Shown piece after piece: positions 38,437 through 48,451 of a stretch of DNA of 64,000 nucleotides. Source of the stretch: Bacilli bacterium (GTDB lineage: Bacteria > Bacillota_I > Bacilli_A > RFN20 > CAG-826); NCBI GenBank assembly GCA_017447305.1, contig JAFSNY010000080.1:20884-84883 (forward strand). The letters run 5' to 3'. The notes under the pieces were generated by a model. That model was not told the DNA's origin. It made no database searches and worked only from the letters and a program-made list of their open reading frames with translations. Position 1 is the stretch's first letter. Each line of letters starts with the position of its first letter. The position numbers and the translations under genes are program-made.

Positions 38437-38964
38437 ATGGATAAAAAAGAAAAATGTATTAAAAGCAATGTCATATATAAAGGGAAGATTCTCACTTTAA
38501 ACTGTGACGATGTTTTATGCTCTAACGGGGAAGAAACCAAAAGAGAAATCATCCATCATCGTGGAGGGGTTTGTATCCTTGCGGAAGTTGACGGGAAAAT
38601 TGCTTTTGTTAAACAATATCGTTATGCCTATGGAGAAGAAGTATTAGAACTTCCTGCAGGAAAAATAGAAGAAGGGGAAAATCCATATGATTCCGCGTTA
38701 AGAGAACTAACTGAAGAAGTTGGATTAGTCGCGGAAAGACTCGAGGATTATGGAGTGATGTATCCAAGTCCAGGATACACGAATGAAAAGATTCATCTTT
38801 ATGTTGCGACAGGATTAAAACACGGAGAGCAACATTTCGATTCTGACGAAGTCCTTGATGTTGAATATTTATCACATGATGTAATCAAAAAATATCTCAA
38901 AGATAACACAATAAAGGATGCAAAAACGATTTGTTTGTTGTATAAATACTTTGGAAATAAGTAG
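38437..38964 (+). CDS. nudF: NUDIX hydrolase (ADP-ribose pyrophosphatase-like)
   Basis: Nudix box GKIEEGENPYDSALRELTEEVGL. Confidence 0.8.
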   Translation: MDKKEKCIKSNVIYKGKILTLNCDDVLCSNGEETKREIIHHRGGVCILAEVDGKIAFVKQYRYAYGEEVLELPAGKIEEGENPYDSALRELTEEVGLVAERLEDYGVMYPSPGYTNEKIHLYVATGLKHGEQHFDSDEVLDVEYLSHDVIKKYLKDNTIKDAKTICLLYKYFGNK

Positions 38965-38977
38965 GAGTTTATAAGAA

Positions 38978-39883
38978 ATGAAACTAGTAATTCTCGCTGC
39001 TGGAATGGGATCGCGTTTCGGTGGACTAAAACAAATGGAACCAATGGATGAATATGGAAACTTCATTCTTGATTATTCCATCTATGATGCAATAAGAGCC
39101 GGATTTGACAGTGTTGTTTTCATTATTAAAAGAGAACACCTCGATATCTTTAGAGAAACAATTGGCAAACGTGTAGAACCATTAATTAAAACGGAATATG
39201 CTTTCCAAGAATTAACAGATTTACCAAAACCATATGTCTGCCCAAAAGATCGTGAAAAACCATGGGGCACCGCGCATGCTATTTTAGCGGCCCGTGACCT
39301 TATCGATGATGATTTCATTATCATCAACGGTGATGACTATTATGGAAAAGAAACATATGAAGTCGCCACAGAATATTTAAGAAGCCTCAAACCAGGTAGC
39401 GAAGGAAGATACGCAAACGTCGCATTTAGAGTGTCTAATACACTTGCAGAAAATGGTTCAGTAAAACGTGGTATTTGCTTCTATGATGGAAGTAGATTAT
39501 TAACTAAGATGATTGAATCAAGCGTTGAAAGAAAAGAGAATGGCGATATCATCGCGACACCTCTTGATACAAATCTTGAACCATTCAAATGCGATCCAAA
39601 TCAACTCGTCTCCATGAACTTATTTATCTTCACAAAAGATATCATTCAAAAGTTAATGGAAAAATTCCCTGAATTCTTAAAAGATAATGTTAATAATTCA
39701 AAAGCTGAATATCTTATTCCTGAAGTTGTCAGCCAACTCGTTAATGGCGGTAAGGCTTCCCTTGAACTTCTCGAAACCCCATCAGTGTGGTATGGAGTGA
39801 CATATCGTGAAGATAAACCAGCGGTTGTCAAAGCTTTGAAAGCTTTAACTGATAAAGGGTTATACAAAAAAGGCTTATATTAG
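38978..39883 (+). CDS. Sugar-phosphate nucleotidyltransferase (LicC/IspD-like NTP-transferase fold)
   Basis: MKLVILAAGMGSRFG is a glycine-rich NTP-binding loop; INGDDYY is present. Confidence 0.6.
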   Translation: MKLVILAAGMGSRFGGLKQMEPMDEYGNFILDYSIYDAIRAGFDSVVFIIKREHLDIFRETIGKRVEPLIKTEYAFQELTDLPKPYVCPKDREKPWGTAHAILAARDLIDDDFIIINGDDYYGKETYEVATEYLRSLKPGSEGRYANVAFRVSNTLAENGSVKRGICFYDGSRLLTKMIESSVERKENGDIIATPLDTNLEPFKCDPNQLVSMNLFIFTKDIIQKLMEKFPEFLKDNVNNSKAEYLIPEVVSQLVNGGKASLELLETPSVWYGVTYREDKPAVVKALKALTDKGLYKKGLY

Positions 39884-39984
39884 AAATAAGAACAATTAAC
39901 AAAAAAGGCATCGTTGATGTCTTTTTTTCATGTTGAATAAAAATATATTTACTATAAAATATATATGCACGGAAAGTATAAATT

Positions 39985-42309
39985 ATGAAAAAGAAATTAT
40001 TAATCCTTTTACCGCTTATTTTCTTAACTCTTTCTGCATGTAATAAACAAAAACCTACATCAGAATCCGAAGAAAAAAGCGAATCTTTAACTAGCAGTGA
40101 AGTGTCCGCTCCTGAAGAAGAGTCTCCAATTGAGAGCGTTGAATCGTTTGCTGATAGTGAAGAATCTGAAACCCATCCATTTGAACCAGAAGAATCAGAA
40201 TCAGAAGAAAGCTTAATTTCAAGTGAAGAAAGCACAATCGAAAGCGAAGAAGAGAGTGTTATTCCTTCCGAAGAAGAGAGTGTTCCACCTCAAGAATCAG
40301 AAGAAGAATCAATCTTTGAATCAGAAGAAGAAAGCATCCTTCCAAGTGAAGCAGAATCTCAAGAAGAATCCATTCCTGTTGAAGAATCTTCTGCAGAAGA
40401 AGTTAGTGAATCTATTGTTGAATCAGAAACTGAAATTGTTTCAGAAGAAGAGTCTGAAATAGAAAGCGAAACTGAAATTTATACTGATTCCAGTGAGTCC
40501 GGAGAAGAGAGTCTGCTTCCTTCTGAAGAGGAATCAATTGCTGAATCTGAAGAAGAAAGTGAAATCATCTCTGAAGAAGAAAGCGAAAGCGAACAACCAG
40601 TTTATGAAAAAGGTCTAGAAGGCGACCCAATTAGAACTGACGCTGTCGCTCAAGATTATTATAAAAATATTTCAAGCACCGCGACTGGCGATAGTCTCGC
40701 TAGTGCTTTATATACACTCGTAAATAAGAATAGATGCACAACCGGATATGGCTCACTTTGGAGTTATTATCCATACTGTGACGCTGATCCAGACAATCCA
40801 TCTAGCAATAAGGTCATCGCGTTCTACCGTGGTACCCCATCAGATTCTGGTTCAATGAATAAAGAACATGTTTGGCCAAATTCTCGTGGAGGAAACCTTG
40901 TTGAGGGTGACCCACATATGACTAGACCAACATTAACGAGTGATAACTCTTCACGTGGCAACTCATTCTATGTTGAAGGTAGATGCTCAACTCAAGATGG
41001 ATGGGATCCAAAAGAAGATGGATTAAATGAGAATTTCCGTGGTGATTCCGCTAGAATTATTTTCTATGCCGCTATTGCAAAATATGGTGAACTTACACTT
41101 GTTGACAAAACAAACGACACTACTAGTAACTATACAATGGGTAAATTATATGACCTCATTAAATGGAATTTTGAATACCCGATTAGCAAATATGAAATTT
41201 TAAGAAATGAAGTTCTTTCTGGTGAAAGAAGCGTTAAAGGATCTAATTATCACTTTAATAGAAATCCATTCATCGATGATAGAACTCTTCCATGTAAGAT
41301 TTGGGGCAATACAAATAGTAATATCAGCGCGCTTTGTCAGATGCATATGCAAAGAAAAGCCCCTACCCAAATTCATTTGAATAAAACATCATTAACTTTA
41401 GGTTTAGAGGAACAATATAAATTAGAAGTAGAATCCGTATCTCCTGCTGATGCATTCACTGGTGTCACTTGGTCAACAAGTGATGATAGTGTTGTCACTG
41501 TTGATGATATAGGAAATATTAAAGCTATTGACCAGGGAGTTGCCACAATCATTGCAACATCAGAGGTTGATAAGAAAATCACCGCGACATGTACTGTTAC
41601 TGTTAAAGCAGAAGATGTCGCTCTTACAAAAATTACTGTTACTTCATCTTTACCTTTAAAGGTAGGATCTACTGGAAAAATTGATGTTGCATACACCCCG
41701 TCCAACGTTTATCCTCGTCCAACATTATCTTTCAGCATCGATGATGATAGTGTCGCTACAGTTGATAATAATGGTGTTGTTACAGGAGTTAGTGAAGGTT
41801 CAGCGGTTGTTACCGTCGAAGCGAAACAAAACGACATTACACGATATGGAAGCTGCGACGTTACTGTCGTTAATAACACAACATTTAAGAAAGTTACAAG
41901 CAATCAAACGAACTGGGAGGGACAATATTTAATTGTTAATGAATCTAATTCCAAAGCGTTTGATTCGTCCGCTTCATCGATTGATAGCAGCGCGAATGCG
42001 ATAAGCGTCTCGATAAGCAATAATGAGATTCAAATGACTGACAAGTTATTAGCGGCGTTAGTTGTGGTTGAGAAGAGTGGGAATAACTACATTATGAAGA
42101 CATCCACTGGATTAACCATTTCTAACAGCAGCAAAAATATTATCACTACCGCTGGAGGAACTACCACAACAACGTTTACAATGAGTGGAACCAATGTAAA
42201 TATCGCTAGTGGAAGTGATTATCTAATTAAATACAATTCAAGTGCGTCAATGTTTAGGTACTACAACACTTCAACTATGCAGAACGTCCAAATGTACAAA
42301 CTTGTTTAA
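39985..42309 (+). CDS. Lipoprotein: an acidic Ser/Glu-repeat linker, an Endonuclease-I family nuclease domain, two Big_2 (Ig-like) domains and a C-terminal domain
   Basis: Lipobox LTLSAC. About 190 aa of SEEES/ESEEE low complexity. NKEHVWPNSRGG, GDPHMTRPTLTSDNSSRGNSFY and FNRNPFIDD are Endonuclease I motifs. VTWSTSDDSVVTVDD...ATIIATS is Big_2. Confidence 0.75.
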   Translation: MKKKLLILLPLIFLTLSACNKQKPTSESEEKSESLTSSEVSAPEEESPIESVESFADSEESETHPFEPEESESEESLISSEESTIESEEESVIPSEEESVPPQESEEESIFESEEESILPSEAESQEESIPVEESSAEEVSESIVESETEIVSEEESEIESETEIYTDSSESGEESLLPSEEESIAESEEESEIISEEESESEQPVYEKGLEGDPIRTDAVAQDYYKNISSTATGDSLASALYTLVNKNRCTTGYGSLWSYYPYCDADPDNPSSNKVIAFYRGTPSDSGSMNKEHVWPNSRGGNLVEGDPHMTRPTLTSDNSSRGNSFYVEGRCSTQDGWDPKEDGLNENFRGDSARIIFYAAIAKYGELTLVDKTNDTTSNYTMGKLYDLIKWNFEYPISKYEILRNEVLSGERSVKGSNYHFNRNPFIDDRTLPCKIWGNTNSNISALCQMHMQRKAPTQIHLNKTSLTLGLEEQYKLEVESVSPADAFTGVTWSTSDDSVVTVDDIGNIKAIDQGVATIIATSEVDKKITATCTVTVKAEDVALTKITVTSSLPLKVGSTGKIDVAYTPSNVYPRPTLSFSIDDDSVATVDNNGVVTGVSEGSAVVTVEAKQNDITRYGSCDVTVVNNTTFKKVTSNQTNWEGQYLIVNESNSKAFDSSASSIDSSANAISVSISNNEIQMTDKLLAALVVVEKSGNNYIMKTSTGLTISNSSKNIITTAGGTTTTTFTMSGTNVNIASGSDYLIKYNSSASMFRYYNTSTMQNVQMYKLV

Positions 42310-42456
42310 AAAGAAGCGGGATATCATATAGTTTTCTTATAAAAATAACACTGAGAGTAAGAATAATCTTGCTCTCTTTTTAATCCAAAAGTTTTTTCTT
42401 TCTTTAATAGAAATGAAAAAAATAGTATAATGCATTCATAAAGCGGAGGACTATAT

Positions 42457-43203
42457 ATGCATAAATTAGTCTTAATTAGACACGGCGAGTCAGAGTGGAA
42501 TAAACTCAATTTATTTACTGGCTGGACTGATGTTGAACTTAGTGAAAAAGGCGTTGAAGAAGCACATCGCGCTGGTAAAGTGCTTAGAGAAAACGGATAT
42601 GACTTTGATGTCGTTCACACCTCATTATTAAAAAGAGCCATTCATACAATGAATAATGTTTTGTTTGAACTCGATAGAGAATGGCTTCCAGTTTATAAGT
42701 CATGGAGACTAAATGAACGTCATTATGGCGCTCTCCAAGGACTTAACAAAGCTGAAACAGCGGCCAAATATGGAGAAGACCAAGTTAAGGTTTGGCGTCG
42801 TTCCTATGATGTACCACCACCAGCACTTGAAAAAGATGATCCAAGAAACCCAGCTCTTCAAGATCAATTCCGTGAAGTAGATCCAAAAGATCTTCCATTA
42901 TGTGAATCACTTGAATTAACTGTTAGAAGAGCGGTTCCATACTTCGAAGAAGTAATTAAACCAGAAATGGAAGCAGGGAAACGCGTTTTAGTGGTCGCTC
43001 ATGGTAACTCACTTCGCGCTCTCGTTAAATACTTCGATAACATGAAGGATGAAGACATCGTTGGTGTTAACATTCCTACTGGTGTTCCACTAGTGTATGA
43101 ATTTGATGACAATATGAAAGCCGTCAACCATTACTACTTAATGGACGAAGAAGAACTCAAAAAACAAATGGACGCTGTTGCCAATCAAGGCAAAGCAAAA
43201 TAA
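42457..43203 (+). CDS. gpmA: 2,3-bisphosphoglycerate-dependent phosphoglycerate mutase
   Basis: [29 protein letters not shown] contains the catalytic RHGE motif; size 248 aa. Confidence 0.9.
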   Translation: MHKLVLIRHGESEWNKLNLFTGWTDVELSEKGVEEAHRAGKVLRENGYDFDVVHTSLLKRAIHTMNNVLFELDREWLPVYKSWRLNERHYGALQGLNKAETAAKYGEDQVKVWRRSYDVPPPALEKDDPRNPALQDQFREVDPKDLPLCESLELTVRRAVPYFEEVIKPEMEAGKRVLVVAHGNSLRALVKYFDNMKDEDIVGVNIPTGVPLVYEFDDNMKAVNHYYLMDEEELKKQMDAVANQGKAK

Positions 43204-43222
43204 AACCTAAATCATTCATGAA

Positions 43223-43250
43223 AAGCGGTATCAACGATATCGCTTTTTTT
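43223..43250 (+). terminator. Rho-independent terminator after gpmA
   Basis: gcggtatc-aac-gatatcgc followed by TTTTTTTC. Confidence 0.7.
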
Positions 43251-43288
43251 CTATGTATTTGAATTTTTATGCTATTATGTATGCACGT

Positions 43289-45307
43289 ATGAAAAAGATT
43301 TATTGTTTGCTACTACTACCATTCCTTCTCAGCGCTTGTGCTCTCAATAGAAGAACACCAACGAGTGAGGAGTCATCAAATCAGAGTGAACCTGTTTCCG
43401 AAAGTAAAGAAGAAAGCGAATTAGAGTCTATTTCAGAAGAGGAGTCTGAAATGGAAACAGAAAGCTCACACGCATTCACCCAACCATCCGAAGAAGAATC
43501 TAAAGAAACTTCAACTGAAACGTATAGTTCGGAAGAAGAAATAGAAAGTGAATTGGATTCTCCTGAGATTATAAGTGAAGAAGAATCAATTCCAGCGGAA
43601 GAATCTTCTCTAGAAGAAAGCGAAGCTGAAGATCTATCAGAATCTGAAGCAGAAGAAGAATCTGTTGAGCCTTCCGAAGAAGAAAGCATTCTCCCTAGTG
43701 AGGAAGAATCTGAAGAAGAGAGCGCCCTTCCAAGTGAAGAAGAAAGTGTTGTTGCTTCCGAAGAAGAATCCGTAATTGAGTCTGAAGAAGAGATTGACTA
43801 CCCATATTTAAGTGGAGATAAGCTTCTTTTAAATCCTTATGGTGATTATGTCACAACCACCAAAGAATCAAGTTCATTACCTGGTTTATATAGTGATTTA
43901 TGCAAAACAGTGAAATCTAGCACGAACGGAGTGTTACAGTCCGTCTATCAAAAAGGATTAGTGGAATTCTTTAATTACGAGAATAAAGTCGATATTAAGT
44001 TAAATATTTCTAGAGATACTCTCGAAGATCTTCAATATGATCACGAAACAAATAACAAAGAATCGTTTAGAGCATGCTCCATCGACATCACTTACTTAGA
44101 TATGACCTTCCATTATGAAGAAGTCGGTATTAGACAAAAAGGTAATACATCACGTGGCTCTATCCTTAATGGTGATGGAGTTAATTCTCGTCACTATAAA
44201 CTTTCATTTGAAGAAACCTTTGATGATGAATATGTCGATGATCCAAAGGTTTGGGTTGATGATGAGGCCTACGAATATCGTAAAGATCGTGACTTCTTTG
44301 GATTAAGTAAGATTGATTTCAGATGGAATCGTAACGCTGATGCGACATACATGAAAGAATACTACGCCTTTGAAATGTATCGTGGCAACGGTAATCTTGC
44401 TGCAAGAACAAATCCAGTTCATTTCATGATGGATGTTGATGGTGAAGTTTTAAATCATGGTGTTTATCTCGCGGTTGAAACTATTACTAAGAGTTTTATC
44501 AAACGTAACTTTGTTAAATCGGCAAGAAATGGTGATTTATACAAATTATCATGGGGAAGTGGACAAGGAGCGAAATTTAATCCTGTTAACGACGACTTCT
44601 TCGGTGTTGAAACACAATATCGAAATGATAATTCTTTCTGGCAACGTAGTTACACCTATGAGTTAAAGACAAATAAAGACACTAGCACCCATGAAGCAAT
44701 TAAAACATTTATTTCCGTACTTAATGAACAACATGGTAACACTGCTTATGAATTCGCTAATCAATATATGAATTATCAGCAATTCCTCACTTATGCATCA
44801 ATCAGTTATTTATTAGGCGATCCAGATGATTTAAGAAGCAATTATAACAACGCTTATATCTATTTCACTGGTGACACTAATCAAATGTATATCATCCCAA
44901 TTGATAATGACCGTGTTCTAGGCGCGAGTGGTGATGGAGGCAATCCAACCGGACATCATGGTGCGCTTTGCAAACCATTTGATAAAGCAACTGGTTATGG
45001 AGGAGAAAATGATTCCAATTTATTTAATAAATTAATTTTCTCAACTAATTCCACAACCATCCGTCCAGAATATATCACCCGTATTGGCGAAATTATCGAT
45101 GATGGGTGGATGAGTATTGATAAATTCCGCGAGTATTATGAAGCTTTCTACGCTCATTACAAGGATGACATCAATCTTTCAAGTAAGGTTCATGGTCAAT
45201 ACGTTGAATTTTCAATTAATGAATCAACAGACATTTATAGCAATCAAAATTTAAGTGCTGAAACATATATGAACACTAAAGTTCAAACATATAACGATAA
45301 CAAATAG
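43289..45307 (+). CDS. Lipoprotein with an acidic Ser/Glu-repeat linker and a CotH-like (atypical kinase fold) domain
   Basis: Start MKKIYCLLLLPFLLSAC (lipobox LSAC). SEEES repeats run over aa ~30-170. YYAFEMYRGNGNLAARTNPVHFMMDVDGEVLNHGVYLAVETITKSFIKRNF...GDLYKLSWG resembles the CotH family. Confidence 0.6.
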   Translation: MKKIYCLLLLPFLLSACALNRRTPTSEESSNQSEPVSESKEESELESISEEESEMETESSHAFTQPSEEESKETSTETYSSEEEIESELDSPEIISEEESIPAEESSLEESEAEDLSESEAEEESVEPSEEESILPSEEESEEESALPSEEESVVASEEESVIESEEEIDYPYLSGDKLLLNPYGDYVTTTKESSSLPGLYSDLCKTVKSSTNGVLQSVYQKGLVEFFNYENKVDIKLNISRDTLEDLQYDHETNNKESFRACSIDITYLDMTFHYEEVGIRQKGNTSRGSILNGDGVNSRHYKLSFEETFDDEYVDDPKVWVDDEAYEYRKDRDFFGLSKIDFRWNRNADATYMKEYYAFEMYRGNGNLAARTNPVHFMMDVDGEVLNHGVYLAVETITKSFIKRNFVKSARNGDLYKLSWGSGQGAKFNPVNDDFFGVETQYRNDNSFWQRSYTYELKTNKDTSTHEAIKTFISVLNEQHGNTAYEFANQYMNYQQFLTYASISYLLGDPDDLRSNYNNAYIYFTGDTNQMYIIPIDNDRVLGASGDGGNPTGHHGALCKPFDKATGYGGENDSNLFNKLIFSTNSTTIRPEYITRIGEIIDDGWMSIDKFREYYEAFYAHYKDDINLSSKVHGQYVEFSINESTDIYSNQNLSAETYMNTKVQTYNDNK

Positions 45308-45312
45308 TAAAA

Positions 45313-46134
45313 ATGGGTAGAAAAGTAGGAGCGTTTGAAAAAAGAATCCACGAAGTGGACCTCATTAGAGGTATTTTGATTCTAATCGTTATTCTCGATC
45401 ATCTTTTCTATTTCCTTAAAACTAATAACCTGGCATGGTATGACCAAACAGGAGCAGAATTCTTTAACGGCATTTACCGCGTTACAAACTTCTATTGGAC
45501 TAGCCAAACAAGAGAAGTAATTAGACAAATTGTCTTATTCTTCTTTGTCTTTATTTCTGGTGTTTCTTGTTCTTTCTCAAGAAATAACTGGAAAAGAGCA
45601 GCGAAAATGATTGTTGTTTGGGGTGTATTAAGTGTTGTCACTAATATTGGTGACCGTTTATTTAACGGCGGTATTGGTGGATGGATTATCGATTTTAATG
45701 TTATCGGTGTCCTTGCTTGGTCTGTTCTTATTTATTGTTTCATGCAGAATTGTTCTTGGAAAGGATTAACCGCGGCAGGATTAATATGTTTCCTTGTTAC
45801 GGTTTTAGTTATTTATCCAATCCCAGCTTCTATTAGAAATCAGATTTATCTTCCTTCAATGTGGGCTCCTGCTTCACTTGTGAGACCAGCAATTGAAGGT
45901 GCGACAGGGCCAAAGGGAGACTGGATGCCTCTCTTCCCGTATATTTGTTACTTCTTCATGGGGGCGGTAGCGGCAAGATTTATCTATAAAGATAAGAAAT
46001 CATTATTTAAGAGACATGAATGGGAAAGATGGATTTGCTTCACTGGAAGAAATACCATCTGGGTTTATTTATTACATGAACCAATCCTTCTAGGTATTTT
46101 TGCCTTATTAGGACTTATTATTGTTGGAGCATAA
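45313..46134 (+). CDS. Polytopic membrane protein (DUF1624/acyltransferase-3-like)
   Basis: EVDLIRGILILIVILDH is an N-terminal motif typical of DUF1624/HGSNAT-like proteins. It has about 8 TM. Confidence 0.5.
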   Translation: MGRKVGAFEKRIHEVDLIRGILILIVILDHLFYFLKTNNLAWYDQTGAEFFNGIYRVTNFYWTSQTREVIRQIVLFFFVFISGVSCSFSRNNWKRAAKMIVVWGVLSVVTNIGDRLFNGGIGGWIIDFNVIGVLAWSVLIYCFMQNCSWKGLTAAGLICFLVTVLVIYPIPASIRNQIYLPSMWAPASLVRPAIEGATGPKGDWMPLFPYICYFFMGAVAARFIYKDKKSLFKRHEWERWICFTGRNTIWVYLLHEPILLGIFALLGLIIVGA

Positions 46135-46138
46135 TCAA

Positions 46139-47800
46139 ATGTTAGATTTAAAAGGAAAAACGATGTATGAAGCGCTTTTAGAGAGTGCGAACGACTTCCC
46201 TAATGGTACGGCAATTTATTACCAAGGGAAGAAGATTTCTTTTAGAAACTTAATTAGACGCATCGACCGTATGGCGGATATTTTATATAATCGTCTTGAT
46301 ATCAAAAGAAATGATGTTGTTTTAATCGCCCAACCTAATATCCCTGACACTTTAGTTATTTTCTACGCTGCAAACAAGATTGGGGCAATCTCTAACTTTG
46401 TTCACCCATTTACCCCGTTTAACCAAGTTCGAGTCATCATGCAAAAAACAAATACGAAAGTCGCCTTCCTCTTTGAACAAAGAATCGCTAAAGAGGTTGA
46501 TCGTTATCGTAAATTAGTGGATAAAATCTATGTCACAAGAATCGAAGATGATTTACCTTTAGCGCAAAAGATTATCTACCATAGTTTTTATAACAACAAA
46601 ATTAGAAAAAAACTTGGAAAGTGGAGAGGTAAGTTCCCTGGATTTAAATATGTCAAAGATTTAAAACCAACAGGCAAAGGCTCACCATTTGTCAAAGGAA
46701 ACGATAAAGAAACATCAATTCTCCTTCATAGTGGATCAACCACCGGAGATCCAAAAACCATATGCTTATCATCGTGGAATTTCAATTTCCTTTCCGAAAG
46801 AGCGTGTGATTTCTTATCTTGTGAACCTGAGTTCATTAGAGGAAAAGGTATGCTTTCTGTTCTTCCATCATTCCATGGTTTTGGTTTATGTATGACCATG
46901 CATGCACCTATGGTAAATCGTTTTGCCTCCATCTTAATGCCTAAGTTTAGCGCGGAAGGCACAGCGAAGATTATGAAACGTATTAAAGTCGCTTCTATCT
47001 GTGGTGTTCCAACCATGTATGAGAATTTATTAAAATGCGATAAATTCACAAAGAGTAAACATCTTAAAGATTTATATGTTTGTTTCTGTGGCGGAGATAC
47101 AATGCCTATTTCTTTAAAAGAAAGATGGGATAAAGCGATGAAAGAAAATGGCTCTAACTGTCAAATCTTTGAAGGATATGGACTTACTGAGGCGGTATGT
47201 GTTAACGCCGTTAATACATATTCCGCGAATAGAGTTGGCTCATTTGGTAAAGCTGCGAGAGACGTAACTTTTAGAATTGTTGATGAAAAAGGTAATGAAG
47301 TTCCTAGAGGCACTATCGGGGAAGTAACATTAAAATCTGAAGCGATGATGAACGGATATTTTAAGGATCCAGAAAATACAAAGAAAGCCATTGTTGATGG
47401 GTGGCTATATACTGGAGACTTAGGTTATATGGACAAAGATGACTTTATTTTCTTTAAGCAAAGAAAAAAGAGAGTTGTTAAAGTCTCTGGTGTTGGTATC
47501 TTCCCAACTGAAATAGAAAGATTAGTGGAAACCGTTCCTGGTGTTGAAGCTGTCTGCGCGATTCGCATTCCTGACGAAAGACTCCAAAGCGCGATAAAAC
47601 TTTTAGTGGTCGCGAAATACTTTGATGAGGAAGGAATGAAGGAAGCGATTATGGATACTTGCTCAAAATATCTAATTCGTTGGGCAATGCCGAAAGAAAT
47701 TGAATTTAGAGATTCTCTCCCTCTCACTCAGCTTGGAAAAGTAGACTTTAGAAAACTGCAAGAAGAGGAAGACGAAAAAAGAGGAATATCTAAAAAGTAA
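46139..47800 (+). CDS. AMP-dependent synthetase/ligase (acyl-CoA synthetase family)
   Basis: AMP-binding motifs LHSGSTTGDPKT (box I), YGLTE, YTGDLGY and KVSG. The start may instead be the ATG at 46163, which is preceded by aaaggaaaa. Confidence 0.8.
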   Translation: MLDLKGKTMYEALLESANDFPNGTAIYYQGKKISFRNLIRRIDRMADILYNRLDIKRNDVVLIAQPNIPDTLVIFYAANKIGAISNFVHPFTPFNQVRVIMQKTNTKVAFLFEQRIAKEVDRYRKLVDKIYVTRIEDDLPLAQKIIYHSFYNNKIRKKLGKWRGKFPGFKYVKDLKPTGKGSPFVKGNDKETSILLHSGSTTGDPKTICLSSWNFNFLSERACDFLSCEPEFIRGKGMLSVLPSFHGFGLCMTMHAPMVNRFASILMPKFSAEGTAKIMKRIKVASICGVPTMYENLLKCDKFTKSKHLKDLYVCFCGGDTMPISLKERWDKAMKENGSNCQIFEGYGLTEAVCVNAVNTYSANRVGSFGKAARDVTFRIVDEKGNEVPRGTIGEVTLKSEAMMNGYFKDPENTKKAIVDGWLYTGDLGYMDKDDFIFFKQRKKRVVKVSGVGIFPTEIERLVETVPGVEAVCAIRIPDERLQSAIKLLVVAKYFDEEGMKEAIMDTCSKYLIRWAMPKEIEFRDSLPLTQLGKVDFRKLQEEEDEKRGISKK

Positions 47801-47827
47801 TGGAGATAACATATAGTTTTCTCTAAA

Positions 47828-47911
47828 TGCGATCGTGGCGGAATTGGTATACGCGCTAGCCTCAGAAACTAGTGACTTAGTCATGGAAGTTCAAATCTTC
47901 TCGGTCGCACC
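47828..47911 (+). tRNA. tRNA-Leu (anticodon CAG), type II with a long variable arm
   Basis: Acceptor GCGATCG/CGGTCGC; D-arm with GG; anticodon loop CTCAGAA; variable hairpin TGACTTAGTCA; T-arm GGAAG-TTCAAAT-CTTCT; 3' ACCA. There is one C·A mismatch closing the anticodon stem. Confidence 0.75.
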
Positions 47912-48064
47912 AAAAAGGTAGAATTGGTTCAACATAAAAGTGTCGAACCTTTTTTGTATTATGAACTAACATAAATATTTTTAAAAACTCGGATGCAAAA
48001 AAACTAAGAAATATTTTACATTTGCCCCCAAATGTACTAAAATACATTTAGGAGATTTATTGAT

Positions 48065-48451
48065 ATGTTCAATCAGCAAGAATACATTAATGGTTTTATC
48101 AAAGATAAATATAAGACATTAAAAATACGAATTAGAAAAGATAATAAATTGCTTATTTATAAACTTTCTAGTGTTGACAACATCAATAGATATGTTGTTT
48201 CTTTGATATTGGATGATATCTACAAGAATCGTTCATATAAATTTATTAATAACGAAATAAAAATAGATTTCGAATTGTCGAAAACAATGAAAAATCTCGT
48301 TGAAGAAGCTGAAATCGCTGATATCTTGGAAGATTACGGCTTATATATGAATCTTGCAGACGCTATTGATTCTCAAGGAAAAAAAGAAGTTGCGCATCAT
48401 TTATTGAGAGAAAGTCAATGGAAAAAACTAACTAAGAGGTATTGCTTATGA
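48065..48451 (+). CDS. Small hypothetical protein (128 aa), a candidate partner/antitoxin (HipS-like?) of the downstream HipA-like kinase
   Basis: Its stop overlaps the kinase start by 10 nt (ATGATAAAGATGA). It has no HTH. Confidence 0.5.
   Translation: MFNQQEYINGFIKDKYKTLKIRIRKDNKLLIYKLSSVDNINRYVVSLILDDIYKNRSYKFINNEIKIDFELSKTMKNLVEEAEIADILEDYGLYMNLADAIDSQGKKEVAHHLLRESQWKKLTKRYCL

Noticed and set aside
40223-40462. Plus-strand 79-aa K/Q-rich ORF inside the acidic-repeat region of the lipoprotein nuclease (also 43381-43689 minus, 39828-40235 minus)
   Set aside because: These are frame-shifted readings of the GAA/AGC-rich repeat DNA. Low-complexity translations are expected from repeat sequence.
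40030-40620. Possible CRISPR-like or minisatellite repeats (gaagaagaaagc / tcagaagaa)
   Set aside because: The repeats are short, degenerate and in-frame, and they encode Ser/Glu linkers inside lipoprotein genes. There are no spacer-repeat periodicity and no cas genes.
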